Shown in pieces: positions 1 through 12,463 of a DNA stretch of 64,000 nt; within the stretch, counting starts at the first letter, position 1, and each line of letters opens with the position of its first letter. The stretch comes from Octopus bimaculoides. Its lineage: Eukaryota. The translations under genes were made by a program, and so were the position numbers. The stretch covers positions 173,769,644 to 173,833,643 of the forward strand of contig NC_068981.1 in NCBI RefSeq assembly GCF_001194135.2, written 5' to 3'. Below the pieces are notes generated by a model, which saw nothing but the letters and a program-made list of their open reading frames with translations, had not been told where the DNA came from and made no database searches.

Positions 1-678
1 TTATTAAGATGGCAAACCGGCATTTGTGTGTTGGTCAAAATGTTTAGCAGCATTTTTTCTGGCTCTTTATATTTTGAGTTCAAATCTAGCTAAGGCTGAC
101 TTTGCCTTTCATCTCTTCAGGGTCAATAAAATAATCAGTTGAACCCTTGGGTTGATGTAATCCCCTAAAATTACTGGCCTAGTGTCAAAATTTGAAATCA
201 TAAGGCAGCAAGTCAGCCAAATTATTAACATGTCAAACAATATGCTTCATGATATTTCATCTATCTTTGAATTCTCAGTTCAAATGTCACCAAGGTCCAC
301 TTCGCCTTTCATCTTTTCAGAGTCAATGAAACAGAACCAGTTGAGCACCGAGGCTGATATAGTTGACTTCTTCACTCTCACATTTGCTAGCCTTGTGCCA
401 AAATTAGAAACCATTATTATTATTCATTTCATTCATCTTTAAGGTAGTGGGTTTTTTTTAAACACTGTTTGTAGACCAGTCACTGACCAAGACTTAGATG
501 CCTAACAACCACAACTGAGATAGATTATGCTGCACTAGTTTCCACGTCAGTACTTTTTCTTTTGTAGATCATATTTCAACAATTAGCTTAGATTCATGAG
601 ATGACAGTACTGGATTACATGGTTGCAAGTAGCAGGTTTCCATTGGTCTTTGGAGGACTTGCCCCTGACCTCATCATC

Positions 679-1825
679 ATCATCATCATCATCGTTTAAC
701 GTCCGCTTTCCATGCTAGCATGGTTTGGACGATTTGACTGAGGACTGGTGAACCAGATGGCTACACCAGGCTCCAATCTGATTTGGCAGAGTTTCTACAG
801 CTAAATGCCCTTCCTAACGCCAACCACTCAGAGAGTGTAGTGGGTGCTTTTACATGCCACCGGCAAGAAGGCCAGTCAGGCAGTACTGGCAACGGCCATG
901 CTCAAAATGGTGTATTTTACGTGCCNNNNNNNNNNNNNNNNNNNNNNNNNNNNNNNNNNNNNNNNNNNNNNNNNNNNNNNNNNNNNNNNNNNNNNNNNNN
1001 NNNNNNNNNNNNNNNNNNNNNNNNNNNNNNNNNNNNNNNNNNNNNNNNNNNNNNNNNNNNNNNNNNNNNNNNNNNNNNNNNNNNNNNNNNNNNNNNNNNN
1101 NNNNNNNNNNNNNNNNNNNNNNNNNNNNNNNNNNNNNNNNNNNNNNNNNNNNNNNNNNNNNNNNNNNNNNNNNNNNNNNNNNNNNNNNNNNNNNNNNNNN
1201 NNNNNNNNNNNNNNNNNNNNNNNNNNNNNNNNNNNNNNNNNNNNNNNNNNNNNNNNNNNNNNNNNNNNNNNNNNNNNNNNNNNNNNNNNNNNNNNNNNNN
1301 NNNNNNNNNNNNNNNNNNNNNNNNNNNNNNNNNNNNNNNNNNNNNNNNNNNNNNNNNNNNNNNNNNNNNNNNNNNNNNNNNNNNNNNNNNNNNNNNNNNN
1401 NNNNNNNNNNNNNNNNNNNNNNNNNNNNNNNNNNNNNNNNNNNNNNNNNNNNNNNNNNNNNNNNNNNNNNNNNNNNNNNNNNNNNNNNNNNNNNNNNNNN
1501 NNNNNNNNNNNNNNNNNNNNNNNNNNNNNNNNNNNNNNNNNNNNNNNNNNNNNNNNNNNNNNNNNNNNNNNNNNNNNNNNNNNNNNNNNNNNNNNNNNNN
1601 NNNNNNNNNNNNNNNNNNNNNNNNNNNNNNNNNNNNACTTGGTCACCTAGATAGCGGAAGCTATCAACTACGTCTAGTTTTTCTCCTTGGAATGTGGCAG
1701 AAGTTGTTTTCTGCACATTTACACCTCTTATGTGTCCATAGCTTGCACTGGGTGCATCTTATAGATTTCCATAGCTTGCACTGGGTGCATCTTATAGAGT
1801 TCCATAGCTTGCACTGGGTGCATAC
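679..1825 (-). mobile_element. RTE-clade LINE, 3' portion (interrupted by assembly gap)
   Basis: (GAT)n tail and conserved 3' end at 679-760; after the gap, post-RT ORF2 sequence (GEKLDVVDSFRYLGDQ; CTQCKLWTHKRC) matching the copy at 10122-11920. Confidence 0.85.
1736..1823 (+). repeat. 33-bp tandem repeat, about 2.7 copies
   Basis: Unit ccatagcttgcactgggtgcatcttataga(t/g)tt starts at 1736, 1769 and 1802; translates SIRCTQCKLW on the minus strand. Confidence 0.95.
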
Positions 1826-2921
1826 CTCATTGACAAATGACAGGGACCTTCTCTTTGTGGTTGGTGACTTCAATGGACATGTTGGACAACATGCAGGGGG
1901 CTTCCATGGTGTACATGGAGGCTATGGTTTTGGTTCCCACAATGAGGAGGGAACCAGGCTGCTGGAGTTCTGCGATGCAAATAATCTTATGGTTTGCAAT
2001 ACTAACTTTAGGAAACCTGCCAGTCACCTAGTCACCTACCGATCTGGTAGACACAGTAGTCAAATTGACTAAATCCTTGCCAGAAAGAAGGGAAAGATGG
2101 CTGCTTATAAATGACAAAATCTTCCCAGGCAAAGAATGTACCCCACAATATAGACTAGCAGTTAGCAACTTTAGGATCAGGGCTAAATGGATGCTCAGAA
2201 GACGACCAGCATAGAGGAGAAGGGTCTGGAAGCTTAAAGATCCTGCAAATGGACAGAAATTTAGAGACGTATTACTCGAAGCTTTTGACGAAATAGAGTG
2301 GGATATAGCATCACATAATGTGGAAGACAACTGGAGGTTTCTACAGGACCACCTGCTGAGGGCCACTGATCAGATTTGTGGATGATGCAAAGTCCCCTCT
2401 TGACCCAAGGTAACATGGTGGTGGAACAATGTTGTTGACAGGACCATTAGGGAAAAGAAACCGACTTGGAAGGACTGGAAGAACAGTGGTAGCAGGGAAT
2501 TGTATCAGAATGCCAAAAGGGAAGCTAAGCGACATGTTTATTTAGCCAGAGGGGAAGCAGATAAGAAAAAAATTTGCCAATGTTCTGTGCCATGAGAACC
2601 AAAGACTTGAGGTATTTCATGTTGCAAGACAGTGTGTGAGAGAGAAGCGTGATGTCATAGGAGAGAAATGTGTCCACATGGATGATGGTTCACGTGCATT
2701 AAACGAGGCTGCAAAGAGAGAGGTTTGGAGACGCTACTATGAAAGGTTGCTAACTAAAGAGAATGAATGGGAGAAAGTGAGTCTGCCAAATGCTGACCCA
2801 ACAGAGGGACCAACTATCCGAATTGACAGTACCTTGGTAGATAAAGCAATTAAGAGTATAAAGACAGGGAAAGCCCCCGGCCCATCAGGAATCACTGCAG
2901 AGATGCTCAAAATATCTGCTC
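1826..2921 (+). mobile_element. RTE-clade LINE fragment: APE endonuclease C-terminus to start of RT, degenerate
   Basis: VVGDFNGHVG..HGGYGFG..NEEG.RLLEFC...L..CNT.F.K...HLVTY.SG...SQID; later KAPGPSGITAEMLK. Confidence 0.92.
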
Positions 2922-3394
2922 AATAAATTCCAAAATTTAAAAAAACGGCAGGAACTTAGTTGCTAACCCAATATATATATATATATACATTTTCAATATG
3001 TGACCGCGTGTGCATCGTTGGCAATTTTCTTTCTCTGTCTTCCTTTCTTTGGACTTTTCCTATATTTCTGATAAAGAGCTCCACTCGAAACGTGAAATTC
3101 TCTTTCTTTTCTTTCCTTTCCTGAGTGTCCAATAACACTGTACTTATTCCACATCCTTGCGTTGTTGTTTTTTTGTGTTTTTTTTTGCTTGTTCATGTTT
3201 GATGAATTTATCACTGTAAATTCCTACTCAAGAAATATTTATATTTATTATAATTTCAAGTCGAACACATGATAAACAGATAAAAATCATCTAATTGTTA
3301 TAGATAAATTTCCACTATTATAAATTGCCACTCATCATTTCTTCTTAATACTCATGCCGATTATAAACTAGGCGATCAGTCAACTGTTATAAAT

Positions 3395-3403
3395 TGGTGA
3401 CCC
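3395..3403 (+). promoter_or_regulatory. Putative primer-binding site of the Gypsy element
   Basis: TGGTGACCC about 280 nt upstream of the gag ATG (3673); TGG start is complementary to tRNA CCA and resembles the tRNA-Trp-type PBS of CsRn1-like elements. Confidence 0.55.
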
Positions 3404-6400
3404 TTGTGAAAAATATATTAAATTTGATATAGAAAATAGACGACAGTTTCATTTCACAAAATTTTATTAACGGAAATATTTGATACTGAAGGTTGAAGGA
3501 AGAAAGAATGCTGAATAAATAAAACAATAATAGTTGCAAAAAGTTTTAGTTGCACTTTCTAGCAAACTAAATTTATACTTCATTGCTGTTGAAAGCATTA
3601 TTTCACTAAGTGAAAATTTTTCTTCTTAAATTTGAATACATTTGAATAGAAGAAAATATTAAAGAGTTTGAAATGTCTTATTTCGATAGAGGATATATGC
3701 AAGCTTCTGTAACAGTTTTGCCTCCCACTTGGATGGGAGATACCATTATCTGGTTTGCTCAATTAGAAGCAAGTTTTGCAGCAAACAGAAAAACAAGAGG
3801 CACAAAAATATAACATAATGTTAAGCAACTTACCACCACCTCTGAGCAATGGAATTAGAGACATTAATAGATCCTACCAAACCATTTTTGTATTCTTCTG
3901 TAAAGGAAGAGATACTAAAGAGGACTTCCAGCTCCAAGCAAAAAGAATTTGTGAAGTTGTTCAATAACGAACAACTAGGTGACAGAAAACCTACTCAACT
4001 TCGTAGAATGAAAGAACTTCTCAGAAATCAACAGATAGAAGAGTCTTATCTTAAAGAAATTTTCTTTAGCAAGTTGCCTCATAGCACTCAAACTCTACTT
4101 TCAGCGGTGAAGGAGCAAAACTCTCTCAAACAATTAGCAGATTTTGTAGATGGTATATTAGAATTATCATCTAGAGAGTCTGTTAATGCTTTACCATCCA
4201 TTTCTTCAGAATTACAGAAGATGAAAGAAACTTATGAAAAGCAATTAAAATTATTAACAGACAAAATTGAAAGTCTTCAACTTGGAAGAGATAAGCGTTC
4301 TCATAACAGAAATAGTACAAGATGGCGTGGACAATCATAAAGTCCCAGAAGAAATGCTATTTGCTGGTACCATTCAAAATTTGGTGACAAATCTTATCGT
4401 TGTATTAAACCATGCTCATTTGATTTTCTAAACAAAAAAAAAGGCCGGGAAACTTCTCAACCACAGATGACTAAATCTGTGGACAACTTCATAAAAAGTT
4501 GCATATTCTTCATATTTGACTCTAACTCCAAACAAAGATTCTTAGTTGATACAAGAGCGGCTCGTCCCATTTGGCCTGCTAAACTTTTAACAGAGAAACC
4601 TAAGCCTGCTTATTTGATCCTACAAGCAGTAATCAGTCTGACATCCAAACATTTGGAGAAATTAGTTTAACTCTAGATTTACATTTAAGAAGAGAATATA
4701 AGTGGATTTTCATTGCAGCAGACTTGCCTTATCCTATATTGGGGGCAGATTTCCTTTCATATTACAATTTACTGGTGGATGTAAAGCAACAAAGATTAAT
4801 AGACACCGTTACTTCATTGAACGTTCAAGGCATGAGATGCAGGAATGCGATAATTAGTCCATTATATTTTATGGCATCCTCCGAAAATTGTTATCACAGG
4901 ATTTTGAAGAATTACCCTGAAATTACCAAAGCATTAGCTCCAAACACCAAATGTGTTCATTCAGTCACTCATCACATTGTAACCCATGGACTACTAAGTT
5001 TTTCCAAACCTTGTAGACTATCTCCAGAGAAATTAAAGATTGCTAAGGCTGAATTTTGTCACATGTTAGACCTTGGAATAATTCGTCCTTCTGGCAGTAA
5101 CTGGTCTACACCTTTAGTTTTGATAAAGAAAAATCTCACAGACGGGCGTCCATGCAGAGATTTTAGACAGCTTAATGCGAAAATACGAGAGGAAAATATC
5201 CAATTCTCCATATCCATGACTTTGCAGCTTCGTTGAGTGGTTGTAATATCTTTTCGAAGATGGATTTAGTTAGAGCATACAATCAAATTCCTGTTGAAGA
5301 GAGTGAAATATCAAAAGCAGCAATTACAACTCCATTTGGGTTGTATGAATTCCTTCGTATGCCTTTCGGATTGAAGAATGCAGCAAATACTTTCCAGAGA
5401 TTCATCGACGAAGTAACAAGAGATTTACCTTTTGTATTTGCTTACATAGATGATATTCTCATTGCTAGTCTGTCAGAAGAAGTTCATGAAAATCTCTTAA
5501 ATCAAATTTTCGAAAGACTAACTAAATATGGTATAGTGATAAATCTATCAAAGTGTGTTTTTGGTGAACACAGTATATCTTTTTTTAGGTCATCTCATTG
5601 ATAAAGATGGAATTCGCCCACTGCCAGACAACGTTGAAGCTATTGACAAATTTCCAGCACCAAATTCTTTATGAAAGCTTCGATAATTTTTAGGACTCAT
5701 TAATTTTTACAGACGATTCATTCCCCATTGCACAGAAAATTTATTTCCTTTAACTGAATTATTAAAGAATAGGAAAAAGAAAAATGAAGCTATAACTTTA
5801 AAACACAAAGAATTACAGGCTTTTCATTGCATAAAAGAAAAACTTTGTGAAGCAACACTTTTAAACCATCCAGTTCCTGAAGCAAAATTATCATTGGTAG
5901 TTGATGCTGCCAATGTTGGAATTGGTGGAGTTTTATAACAGTTTCATTGTGGTTCTTGACAACCATTATCATTCTTTTCAAAAAATTCAAGGCACCAGAA
6001 ACGAAGTACAGCTTTTTCAGCAGAGAATTGTTGGCAGCTTACTTGTCAATTAAGTACTTTAGACATCTTCTTGAAGGTAGGTCATTTACATTATTTACTG
6101 ACCATAAACCATTGACACATGCACTAAGAAATTCTTCTGAAAAATATTCTCCCAGAGAAATTAGACACTTTGATTATATTTCACAGTTTACTGTGGATAT
6201 ACGGTATATCAAGGGTGTTGAAAATTCTGCAGCTGAAGCACTTTCTTGAATGAATGTTGATGCATTACGTTCATTAAGTACTAACAATTTAGAAGAAATG
6301 TCTAAAGATCAAACTACTGATAAAGAATTTTCTTTTTATAAAGATTCCAGTTCTACTTCTTTGAAATTCAAATTATTGCCGATTCATTTTTGTGAATCAC

Positions 6401-7620
6401 ATATTTAGTGTGATATTTCTACAGGATTTTCTAGACCATTTGCGCCTGAAAAGCATAGAAAAGTTGTTTTTTCTACCTTGCATAACTTATCTCATCTTGG
6501 TATTGGAGCTTCATTAAAATTAATATCGAGTGGATTTGTTTGGCTTGGTATGAATAAAGATATTCGTTCTTGGGTTCAGTCGTGTAGGCAGTGTCAAAAA
6601 GCAAAACTGAATCATCACATTAAAGCACTATTAGGTACTTTTGCAAATCCTGATGCCAGATTCCAACACATTCATATTGACATAGTCGGACCATTGCCTC
6701 CTGTGGAGGGTAATAGTTAATCTGTTAACGTATGGATCATTTTTCGCAATGGCCAGAAGCTTATCCAATCAAAGACACATCTGCAGTAACTATAGCAAAA
6801 ACTTTATTTACCAACTGAATGTCGAGATTCGGTATACCAAATACACTGACGACAGACCGTGGAAGACAATTTGAGTCTACACTTCGCAGAGTTTAATAAA
6901 TTGTTGGGAATTCATACTACTTCCTAACATCCGCAATCTAATGGCATGATAGAAAGGTTTCATAGGCAGTTGAAATCTTCATTAAGAACTTATTCTGATT
7001 CTAACAGTTGGTTAGAAGCCTTACCAGTGACATTGTTGGGAATCAGGAGTGCTGTTAAAGAAAGTTTGCAATTTTCTCCTGCTGAACTTCTGTACAGAAC
7101 AACATTAACTCTACCTGGTCAAATGTTTGAAGAAACCAATTTTTTTAACAGGAATATTAACAATTATGTAACCCGACTCAAAAGATTTCTTTCTGATGTT
7201 CCTTCTTTTACAAGTAAATTACAAAATATTAAAAGTTTCATCCCTTCTGATATTAATTCTTGGACTCCTGTATTTGTACATAATGATGCCAGTCATCATT
7301 CACTGAATTATAAATACACTGAACCTTTTAAAGTTTTGTCAACTAAAGATAAAATTATAACCTTGGATATGCATAGTAAAAAGGAAATTGTCAGTTTACA
7401 CAGAGTTAAAAAAAGGCTTATTTCGACCAGTCTTCATGTCATGAGAATAAAAATTTAAGCAACACATTACAAAATAACTCCAAAAGGAACTATTCCCAAA
7501 ACAGCGAACTTACGGTTGAGGAAAAGATCCACAAGCCAATTTTAAAATCACCTACCAGCGGAAAGAAAACTAAAAGTGGTAGAATTGTAAATTTTCCCAA
7601 AAGACTTTCTCGGTTTCAGT
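3395..7620 (+). mobile_element. Decayed Ty3/Gypsy LTR retrotransposon internal region (CsRn1-like): gag, PR, RT, RNase H, IN
   Basis: gag PPTW..WFAQLEASF and CWYH..FG...RC...C; protease FLVDTRA; [10 protein letters not shown] and YIDDIL; RNase H RELLAAY..FTDHKPL; integrase HIHIDIVGPLP, TDRGRQF, GMIERFHRQLK; C-terminal TKSGRIVNFP. Multiple stops and frameshifts. No matching LTR pair found. Confidence 0.93.
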
Positions 7621-8174
7621 ATTTTCTTCTTGGATTTTTATATTTCCTGGAATTTTTTTTTTTTTTTAAATGATTTTATAATTTTTTTCCAGGGAAATTA
7701 TATTGAACATTTTCATAAATTTTCCATGAACGCTATATTGTTGTAAAACCATGATGCGCAGTTATTTTCATTTGTTCAACATGTGGATACATTTGTATAT
7801 TTGTATATTTGACTTGCTAAAATATTAATTCCAACTAAGGGTTGAAATATATTTGTATTACTAATATTCTTTTTTTTGCAAAATTTTAACAATTTTCCTG
7901 GTTGAGGGCTTATGTAGCAAGTCTTAATAAACCTTTGCTGGCAGTAATATGATGTCATCGTCATGCTGGCAGAATAGGTATAATTATTAGTTTCCCATTG
8001 GTTAAAATTACTGCCCATATTTGAATTCTAACTTTTGTCAAAGAGAAATCTTTCACGAAATATGCTTCTTAGAATTCAGATATCGGCAGTAATTNNNNNN
8101 NNNNGTACAATCATTTCATGCAACTCCATTTAATTGAACAATGCAACCATTACATCAATTTAAATATTTATGTG

Positions 8175-8205
<31 letters not shown>

Positions 8206-8216
8206 ATATATGTACC

Positions 8217-8252
<36 letters not shown>

Positions 8253-8821
8253 GATATGTTTATACGTACATTTGCTAAAAAAATTATAATGGTGTGTCCT
8301 GTAATTTGAAAATCTATATGGTCGTATGCATCCGAGAGTGGTCTACTTCAAATTGATGTAATGTCTTCATTGATTGATTAGCTTGCAATGCTCGTTGCAG
8401 CAGAAATTTTTGTAAGCTAATAAAGCTCATTGCATAATTTCCTGTTCCCTTGTCTTTTGTGTATTCTCATTCACATGTGAAGGAAATTTTTGTTTTTATT
8501 TATAGGTCAAATAGACCATGAAAATCATTTTCTTTAATAGGTATCCATGTTTCTGTTCCTCTTACATGAAGTTACAAGAATCTTCCGAGAGAAATATTTA
8601 TGTCCACCACAGTAACTCATTTTTCTCACTCAATCTAGCTTATCAAACTAATCACAGTAGGACCCCTTTTCAATGACCACAACACACAGTATGAATCTTT
8701 GTTACCTACTCTTTGTCAACCACCACCACACATAAATAAACATTTCAATGATCAAGAATAACAACAAATTTTACTACTGTTGTTTCATTATTAACAATTA
8801 TTTCACTTTCAATTTCAACAG

Positions 8822-9560
8822 GCCAATTATTCGGCAAGCAGCAACTCCTCTAACACCCTATGAAACAGAATATTTACAACCTTATCTTGCATTTCCCAGA
8901 AACTATGCTTGTTATCCAAAGGAGAAGGATGTACTAGGTGCTAGCTTTCATGATGGAAACATACCAAAATATCTATATATTGCTAAGTTCCCAGGGCATC
9001 AAAATCTGACGACAGCTTTATGCATGATTACTCAAACAATACTTAGCAATATTGAGGAATGGGATGAACATACACTTGATCGGATTTTGGTCAACGGATG
9101 TAAATTACATGAAAAATGTCTGAAGAGACGCCAAGCAATAAATGATGCATATTCATTAGAAATCCGGCATTTACCAACATTTATGGTATATGATAATTCA
9201 TGCACATTTCAAATTGTATATAGCAACCCAACATATGGGAATATAATGAGTGACTGTAAAGGTACTGAAAAAAGGAAGACTTTGTATAATGCATTGAGTA
9301 GTGCATTCTTTCAAAGAATTCATGGTGTGATCTTAAAAATGCAAGGGTTTGCTATGAGTATAGTTCGTCATAAAGCATCAATTTTCTATCTATTCGATAG
9401 CTTTCCAAAAGATAACATTGGCAGATTTGATCGATTTGGTACGGCCAAATTGCTTAAATTTTGTCACTTGAAAGCACTTGCGAAATACATAGAGAATGAA
9501 TTTTTGTGGGCACTTCCATTCACGTTAGTTTCTATCCGAATGGTACGCATAAATTTATGA
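8822..9560 (+). CDS. Terminal exon encoding a herpesvirus tegument deubiquitinase-like (peptidase C76/VTD-type) domain, apparently catalytically inactive
   Basis: Uninterrupted ORF 8748-9560; ttcaacag acceptor at 8821. Motif order ASFHDG..FPGHQNLTTAL..W....LDRIL.NG.KLH..LP..G..GVIL...GFAMSI..FYLFDSFPKD..GTA.LL.F follows the C76 fold. AATAAA at 9716-9721. Assignment is by-eye. Confidence 0.72.
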
Positions 9561-10121
9561 AATCATAACAGATGAAGTAATTCTTAAATCATAAAACCAG
9601 TGACTCACATTTGGATGGTATGCACAAACCTATGGACTCATTACAGACAAATATTTATTATTTAAGAAAAAAAAATAACTCACCTATACTCCCCATAAAA
9701 AAAATGTACTAATGTAATAAACATTGGAAGAAAATGTTGACATAAAAAAAGTGAACTGTATATTACCTTTGTTTATTTTCACATGACTCTTGTTGTTCAA
9801 AGCTGCACTCATCATACATATTGAGTACTCATTTCAACTATGGTCTTTCCAGTCCATAAGTGATAAAACTACACACATGCATGCATGGTGTGTATGTGTT
9901 TGTAATTATATATATGTTGCATGCACACACACACACACACACACATACATGCATGGTTGTGTAGTTAATTAGTTTGCTTCCCAACCACATGCTTTTGGAT
10001 TCAGTACCACTGTGTCGTACTTTGGGGAAGTGCCTTCTTGCTATAGCCCTAGGCTGGCCAAAGCCTTGGGAGTGCATTTGGTAGATGGAAACTGAAAGAA
10101 CCTCATCGTATATTTGTATAT

Positions 10122-11920
10122 ATCATCCTCGTTTAACGTCTGTTTCCATGCTGGTATCAGTTGGACGATTTGACTGAGGACTGGCAAGCCAGATGGCTGC
10201 ACCAGGCGCCAATCAGATCAGGCAGAGTTTCTACAGCTGGATGCCCTTCTTAACGCCAACCACTCCCTGACAACGATCATGCTCAGATGGTGCTCTTAGT
10301 GCTCCACTAACATGGATTCCAGTCATGCAGTGCTGTCACCGAATTTGATTTCGATTTCACTTGCCTCAACAGATCTTCGCAAGCAGAGTTTAGTGTCCAA
10401 TGAAAGAAAGGCACGCATAAGTGGGCTGGTTACACCCCTGGCATAGGCCACGGGTTATGGTCTCACTTGGCTTGCCGGGTCTTTTCAAGCACAACATATT
10501 TCCAAAGGTCTCGGTCACTAGTCATTGCCTTGGTGAGGCCTAATGTTCGAAGGTTGTGCTTCACCACCTCACCCCAGGTCTTCCCGGGTCTACCTCTTCC
10601 ACAGGTTCCCTCAACCGCTAGAGTGTGACACTTTTTCACAAAGCTATCCTCATCCATTCTCACCACATGACCATACCAGCGTAGGCGTCTCTCTTGCACA
10701 CCACATCAGGCACTTACACTCTGTCGAGTATGCACACTGATATTACACATCCATCGGAGCATACTGGCTTCATTCCTTGCAAGCTTATCCATGTCCTCAG
10801 CAGTCACAGCCCATGTTTCACTGCCATGTAGCATGGCTGTTCGTACACATGTGTCATTCAATCTACCTTTTACTCTGAGCAAGAGGCCCTTTGTCACCAG
10901 CAGAGGTAGGAGCTCTCTGAACTTTGCCCAGGCTATTCTTATTCTAGCAGTTACACTTTCACCACACCCTCCCAAGCTACTGACTTGGTCACTTAGGTAA
11001 TGGAAGCTATCAACTACTTCTAGTTTTTCTCCCTGGAATGTAGCAGAAGTTGTTTTCTGCACATTTTCAATGTTTATTGCTCCTGAGCATCTGCCACATA
11101 CAAAAACTATCTTCCCAGTTAGCCTTCTTTTGATATTGCTGCACCTTTTGTGTCCATAGCTTAGACTGGGCACATCTTATAGAGTTTCTACCTATGCCTT
11201 TTCTACAGATCGAGCAGGGCCATCTACCTGAAGGGATTTGTGGTTTGTCTGCCTTCCTACTTATTAGGAATTTGGTTTTAGCTAGGTTGACTCTAAAGCC
11301 CTTCGATTCTAGTCCTTGCTTCCACACCTGAAACTTTTCTAGTTCTGATAGTGACTCAGCAATTAGAGCAAGGTCGTCAGCATAGAGGAGCTCCCAGGGG
11401 CATCCAGTCGTGAATTCCTGTTATTGCCTGGAGGACTAGGATAAATAGGAGGGGGCTGAGGACTGAACCTTGGTGGACCCCTACCTCTACTCAGAATTCT
11501 TCACTGTACTCATTGCTAAACCTCACCTTACTGACAGCGTCCTTGTACATGGCTTGCACAGCTCTCACTAACCATTCTTCTATCCCAAGTTTCCTCATTG
11601 ACCACCAGATAAGGGATCAGAGGACCCTGTCAAAGGCTTTCTCCATGTCAACAAAAGCCAGGTACAGAGGTTTATCCTTGGCTAGGTATTTCTCCTGCAG
11701 CTGTCTTACCAGAAATATGGCATCAGTGGTGCTTTTCCCTGGCACGAACCCAAACTGCATCTCATCTAAACTGACTCTCTCCCTAATTAATTGGGCTATG
11801 ACCCTCTCCGTGACCTTCATTACCTGATCCAACAACTTGATACCGCTGTAATTATTTGTATCTAAAGCGTCACCTTTACCTTTGTAGTAGTTGACTATGG
11901 TGCTGCTACACCAGTCATTG
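10122..11920 (-). mobile_element. 5'-truncated RTE-clade LINE (RT, PHD-like finger, C-terminus, 3' UTR)
   Basis: MQFGFVPGKSTTDAIF..LAFVDMEKAFDRV; HQGSVLSP-like motif and LLYADDL; GFRVNLAKTK; RTAMLHGSETW; RRLRWYGHVVRM..GRGRPGKTW; gat tail at about 10122. Confidence 0.95.
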
Positions 11921-12242
11921 GGTTATGTCTATAACTATGTGTATCTTTCTGTCTCCTTGTCTTGACATCGTATGACCGATGTAAATGAGTATTATTGTCA
12001 TATAAACAGTGTTGTTCATTTCTAGTATTCTGTGAAAATGACTGGTCATGGGGAGATATTACTTTGCTTGGAAATAGGTAAGGGTGAATGACAGGAAGAG
12101 CATTCAGATATTGAAAATTTGTTTCAACAAACTGACCAACTCATGCAATGATGGAAAAGTGGACGTTAATACAATGATGACATATACATACATATACACA
12201 CACATGCTTCCATAGTATTTCTGTCTATGAAACTTCATTCAA

Positions 12243-12463
12243 CCCTTCAGTATTTAAACCAGCCATATCCAGCCCAAATGTTCTACCAGTTTTATATTCA
12301 AACTGGCCAGATCTAGCCTCTCACATCTACCCTACAATATAATTCTAAAAAATAAACTATCACACCATCGAAATCCCAAAACTATGAGATAATGTGTGAT
12401 TAATTCTAAACAATGTAAATACATAAGCATTGCATTTGTCAGAGTAATCTGAAGGCTAAAGGG
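12243..12463. mobile_element. piggyBac-like MITE, copy B
   Basis: tcaa-CCCTTCAG ... CTAAAGGG-TTAA; aligns by eye with copy A. Confidence 0.82.

Noticed and set aside
1736-1823. CRISPR-like direct repeats
   Set aside because: Contiguous units without spacers inside a eukaryotic LINE ORF.
783-2072. Long ORFs spanning N runs (also 20595-21371, 25568-26119, 47067-47336, 51299-52214)
   Set aside because: They are open only because X codons bridge assembly gaps; the flanks are SINE or LINE sequence.
3190-3394. Possible 5' LTR of the Gypsy element
   Set aside because: Position before the PBS fits, but no matching 3' copy is visible after 7620, so LTR boundaries cannot be supported.
8118-8309. Short ORFs rich in YI/CV/TH dipeptides (also about 9838, 13001-13372, 18079-18320, 19135, 20412, 22932, 41373)
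   Set aside because: Translations of (TA)n/(TG)n microsatellites and SINE bodies.
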